From the human T2T-CHM13v2.0 reference genome, Homo sapiens, in NCBI RefSeq assembly GCF_009914755.1, contig NC_060929.1: 64,000 nt of DNA, one strand, 5' to 3'. Positions 59,521-64,000 of the stretch are shown here, in pieces. A program made the translations under genes and the position numbers. A model generated the notes under the pieces. The model worked only from the letters and a program-made list of their open reading frames with translations, made no database searches and had not been told where the DNA came from. Position 1 is the first letter of the stretch; each line of letters begins with the position of its first letter.

Positions 59521-62030
59521 CAGATTCTTGAATTATTTCCCAAAGAATCTAAATGCATATCTAGGATGAGGGCTGGAAACATGTATTTTTATTTGGATGC
59601 AGCTGATCTCTGAACCACGCTTTTAGAAACATTGCATCTAGTCCTTACATGTGTAAATCTCCTAAGCTATGACATTGTAGAAGTAGTCATACAAATCCAC
59701 AATTCTTCAAAGTTCATGACCTTGCTTTAGAAAATATCCGTAAAAATAGTACAAATTACTATCAGAAGAGTCTTCAGAATAAAGTATATGAAAAAACCCA
59801 GCATAGCTTTTTCCCAAATCACTGCTCTAAAATCAATGGGCGTAGTGATTTTTAATCAACATGATATTTACATATTTTTTTGCTTATAACCTGCTTGCAC
59901 TCTGGAATAAATAAATTGCTACCTCTTAATGTCACTTGATAAGAGTCTAAAATACTTGAATTTGAATATATAAATCCATTAATTTAGCAAAATTTTAACA
60001 TCAGTCTTATGCATTGGGTTGACATACTAAAGACTGAGTCTCTAGGACTTTGTCATCTAATGCAGAGGTTTTCAACCTTGGCCACCATTGAAGTCAACTG
60101 GGAAACATTTTTTTTAAAAAACGAATCCTGGGTTCTACTCCTAGACATCCAAAATTCTATTGATTTGGAGTACAAACAAGACATGGGGACTTTTAACATT
60201 TCCTCAAGTCATTCTAATGTGCAACCAAAGTTTGGAATTACTGCTATCAAGAAGAGATTACATAGAGACCCCATACATAGGTCTTATAGCACATTATGAC
60301 AAGTGGAATGATCGTGGCTGTCAAAAATTACTATGAGAATTCAGAGGAACCATCCCTAACCCAGGGTGGAGCTGGAGACTGCTCCAAGAAGCCATCAGGT
60401 ATGCCAGTGATACCTGAGCTGAGTATTAAATTAGGGAGAGGAACTGTCCAAGGGAAGATGGGGGTGGGAGTGATCTAGGCAGAGGAAGTAGCCTGTACAA
60501 AGGCAAGGAGAGTTGAAAGAGCCTGGATGTTAGCTAGGGGAAAGGACTGGTAAGGAAAATCCCAAAAGGCATGTCACATATTTTATAGCTGGCTACAGCC
60601 ATTGGAAGTTTCCTCAGAAACCAACTTGAGTTGGCAATGCTGGGACTTTCAGGTCATGACATCTTCTTGCTTTGTTTCATTTGAGGAAAGGCAACAACTC
60701 CTTAATACCCCACATAATGGATTCATAGTAGAAAAAGAAAACCTAGCAGTGCTGGGCTCTTCCTGTGAGATTATTAACTGTTGAAAGGGATCCTAGCTTT
60801 CATTATTTGTAAACTGTTTCATACATGTCTACCCATATCCATTTCAATGTCACTTTTCCGGAAGTCCCTGAAACCCATGGCTCCAGATAAAGACCCCCTA
60901 CTGTCCCTAAATTAAGCCACCATTGAAAGCAAGGAGGGTACACGCTAAGGCAACTACTAGGAAGCACGCTAACAACGACTTTCCCTCAAGAGATGCCTGC
61001 TTCTTTCTTATCCCCAAAAGAACTTCAGGGCTTGGGTAGTCACCACATAATTATGTCAACAGACTCTGCTCTAGGTTCCTGACTCTGTATTCTTACTCTC
61101 TCCCCAGTCAGATTGCCATACAAATACAGGCGGTTCTCAGGTAGGGTAAATAACCATGTTATTTCCACAGGAATATTTGAGATTGTAGGGAGGTTGCCTT
61201 TATCTGGCAGGGTGGAGTCAGTGATGTGATAATATATGTTATCTTTTTTGAGTCTGGGTGGTCACTTCCATCATGTGACTTTAAAGACCTAAAATGAAAG
61301 AAGTTTACATCTTAGCAAACATTTAATGCCACAGTGAAAGATAGCATGGGAGCCAAACCCTCTGATGGTTGTTTCTTTTTAGATGTCTTTACTTCTAAAA
61401 TGAATCTATTTTATAGATTGCACCATAGATTCTGAAATCCTTTCATGAAGAAGTTTGCTCTTTCTTTAGACCACCACCACGATCCCTATAAAACAATTTA
61501 CAGGGAGATTCAATAGCAGGTCCAAGGTTAGAGAATCATCTTTGTCATACTTTAGGCAGAAGGAGGTTTAGACTCCTGCTCCTCTGCACAAATGAATAGT
61601 CCATGGTCTATAAGGTGCTTGCACTTGCACAGGCAGCCTTAGTTTCCATTCTCAGGGATTATCTTTATCCTTGTTTGTTTTCACAAAGTATTTTAAAGCA
61701 CACACGCACACACACTCTCTCACACACGTACATCTCTAATATTGAAACTTAACCTTAGCATTTCATCTTCATACTCTTACTGATTGTGTTATTTTAAATG
61801 TTCTTATTTTGAGCAGATAATGCTGTGAATTATGTGTGTGAGACTGAACAAAGATAATTTCCCTTAGAACTTTTTCTGTACATCTATGACATTTCATTCT
61901 TATTACATTTCTAAATAGGTTATTCTTTAAAACAATTTTACTCAGCCTTTGCTCTGCAACCACAAAATATAGCCAATGAATATTTGGCCAGAAGGTCAAT
62001 AATATAAAGGCATATAAATTTTAAAATGTC

Positions 62031-62340
62031 GGCTGGGTGTGGTGGCTCACGCCTGTAATCCCAGCACTTTGGGAGGCCGAGGCGGGTGGATCACCTGGGG
62101 TCAGGAGTTCACGACCAGCCTAACCAACATGGAGAAACCTCGCCTCTACTAAAAATACAAAATGAACTGGGCATGGTGGCACATGCCTGTAATCCCAGCT
62201 ACTCAGGAAGGCTGAGGCAGGAGAATCGCTTGAACCCATGATGCAGAGGTTGAGGAGAGCTGAAATCACACCACTGCACTCCAGCCTGGGCGACAGAGTG
62301 AGACTCCATCTCAAAAAATATATGTATCTAAAATAAATAA
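62031..62340 (+). mobile_element. AluS (Sx/Sp-like), full length
   Basis: Complete dimer; TSD TAAATTTTAAAATGTC-like on both sides. Confidence 0.95.
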
Positions 62341-62837
62341 ATTTTAAAATGTCTTCCTTCTCCTTCCTACTTTCTCACTCCCTATGTTAACGATACATAC
62401 TTTCTACACTCTATAACATAGAAAAACACATATATACATGTTATTTTTTTTAAGTTGATTTTTTGTTTGTTTTTACAAAAATGTGATCTTCTCTATGTAT
62501 TACTTTTCAAATATATGTATCATCTGTTTCCTTTATCAGTTTGTCAGACATACTTACAACATGACTTTAAATGATATAATCGTAAACTAGTGAAATGTCT
62601 ACCAAGGATTAATTTAATCTAAATATATTTTAATATAAAAATGTCTCATTAAGTTCGAGATCTCACTTTCCATCTTCCCATGCTCTCTGGTCTCCATCTA
62701 GCTAGTCCTTTTCAAACATCATTTTTTCCTCCCATCCCTATAGTATCCACACACTACATGTACACACACACATATACACACACACTGGAAGCTCAGGCCG
62801 GCAGAATTCATAGTAACATTGAGTGATGACTAACAGC

Positions 62838-63042
62838 TAGTGGTGTGCTGGTAAATGTTTAACAACCAGCTTTGGTGGAAGGTGGATGATTTATAGTGTT
62901 TGCCTATTTCTGTGGTTTAAATGCATCCTTTCGACATGGCCTTTTTTGAGCTACTGATGTTAGATCAACCAGTTCACATTTCCTGAAATTTTAACAACTG
63001 GCTTTCACAAATCTAAATGAGCTGGCTTCAGGCTGCCACTGA
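62838..63042. mobile_element. MER63-like hAT element
   Basis: Terminus 'agtggtgtgctggtaaatgtttaacaaccagct' and complementary end 'gagctggcttcaggctgccactg'. Confidence 0.6.
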
Positions 63043-64000
63043 CAGAGGTTATGTTGTCAACAATAGAAGGTGCTATGATTTATATAAAGTATCCTGTTGT
63101 TGGTGGAGAAACTCATCTAGGGGACAGCCTCTTTTTCAGGAAATCCAAAAAGTCATCCCAGACCTCTGCCTTGATCCAAAGTTGACAAGAGACTGGAGAA
63201 TTCAACTTTCTAAGGATCCCATGAGTCCCTTTTAAATACTTTAGGGATCTTTAATGTAGCTCCCAATCTGGCAACTAAGCTTTTGTGAACTTTATGCGCT
63301 TGTCTCCATTTTACCAATGTTGAAGCTAAGAGTTTGCCCAGGCATCCTGCAGGAAGTCTTAAAGCCCAGCTCAGAACCTATTGTCCCTGGCCTCTGGAAT
63401 TCAGAGTTATAGAAAAAAAGGGAACCTGGGAGATCAAGTACCTCCTCAGGTGGTCCTTAGACCCAATGATGTTTGAAGACCCTTTCCTAGTAGGTGACTA
63501 TTTCTTCCATGGCAGCATAACTATAACTGCCATAAAGACCCTGAGATAGAAGGTGGTACCCAGAAAGTGTGCAACAGAAGGGCTAACATAACATCCAGCC
63601 AACTATGAATCTTCCCACACAACTGAATTATGAAGTTAACTGTAAATATCTCACAAGCTCTATTGGCTAAAAAAGTTAAATCAAGGGACAATAAAGGGAA
63701 GATTTAAAGAAATTAAAATGTAAACACAGGTTAGTAACTACTGAACTCTGGCATTTTCCTCCGCTACTTTTAATTAGTTGTCTTCATGCTTTTTGCCTAA
63801 GAAACAGGAACTTGCCACTGCAACTCCAGGGACAACATTCTGGGCTTGGTAGGTCCCTGCCTTAGACACGTAATCAGAAAACACTGAAAACTGTTTGCCC
63901 TTCTCAGAGCGAAGGGCCTTTCACATTGTCCCTTCATACACTGCTGAGGCTCAGGACCATGGCTGCTTTCAGGCTGTGTCCTCTGAAGAAAGCCTTTTCT

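Overview
Primate (most likely human) genomic DNA, AT-rich and repeat-dense. It is mostly intron of a + strand gene. Two short in-frame coiled-coil coding exons are visible (38850-38981 and 39835-39891); from recall they belong to CCDC192. A decayed, full-length processed pseudogene of cullin-1 (CUL1P1-like) lies on the - strand at ~25911-29151. The rest is Alu, L1, L2/MIR, MaLR (THE1, MLT1), ERV1 solo LTRs and DNA-transposon relics; there are no prokaryotic features or CRISPR. The most notable structures are: (1) an apparent single ~8.2 kb retrotransposition product in which the CUL1 cDNA is fused without a poly(A) to the first codons of an L1PB ORF2, followed by ~200 nt of possible 3' transduction, all inside one target-site duplication; (2) an 87 bp inverted duplication inside the pseudogene; (3) a 248 bp, 96% identical inverted repeat that looks like the scar of a ~2.5 kb staggered-break inversion; (4) a near-perfect 32 bp hairpin at a cluster of rearranged repeats. 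These are genome-rearrangement and retrotransposition fossils; I see no firm evidence of a new functional system. Repeat subfamily and gene names come from recalled consensus sequences, not a database search.
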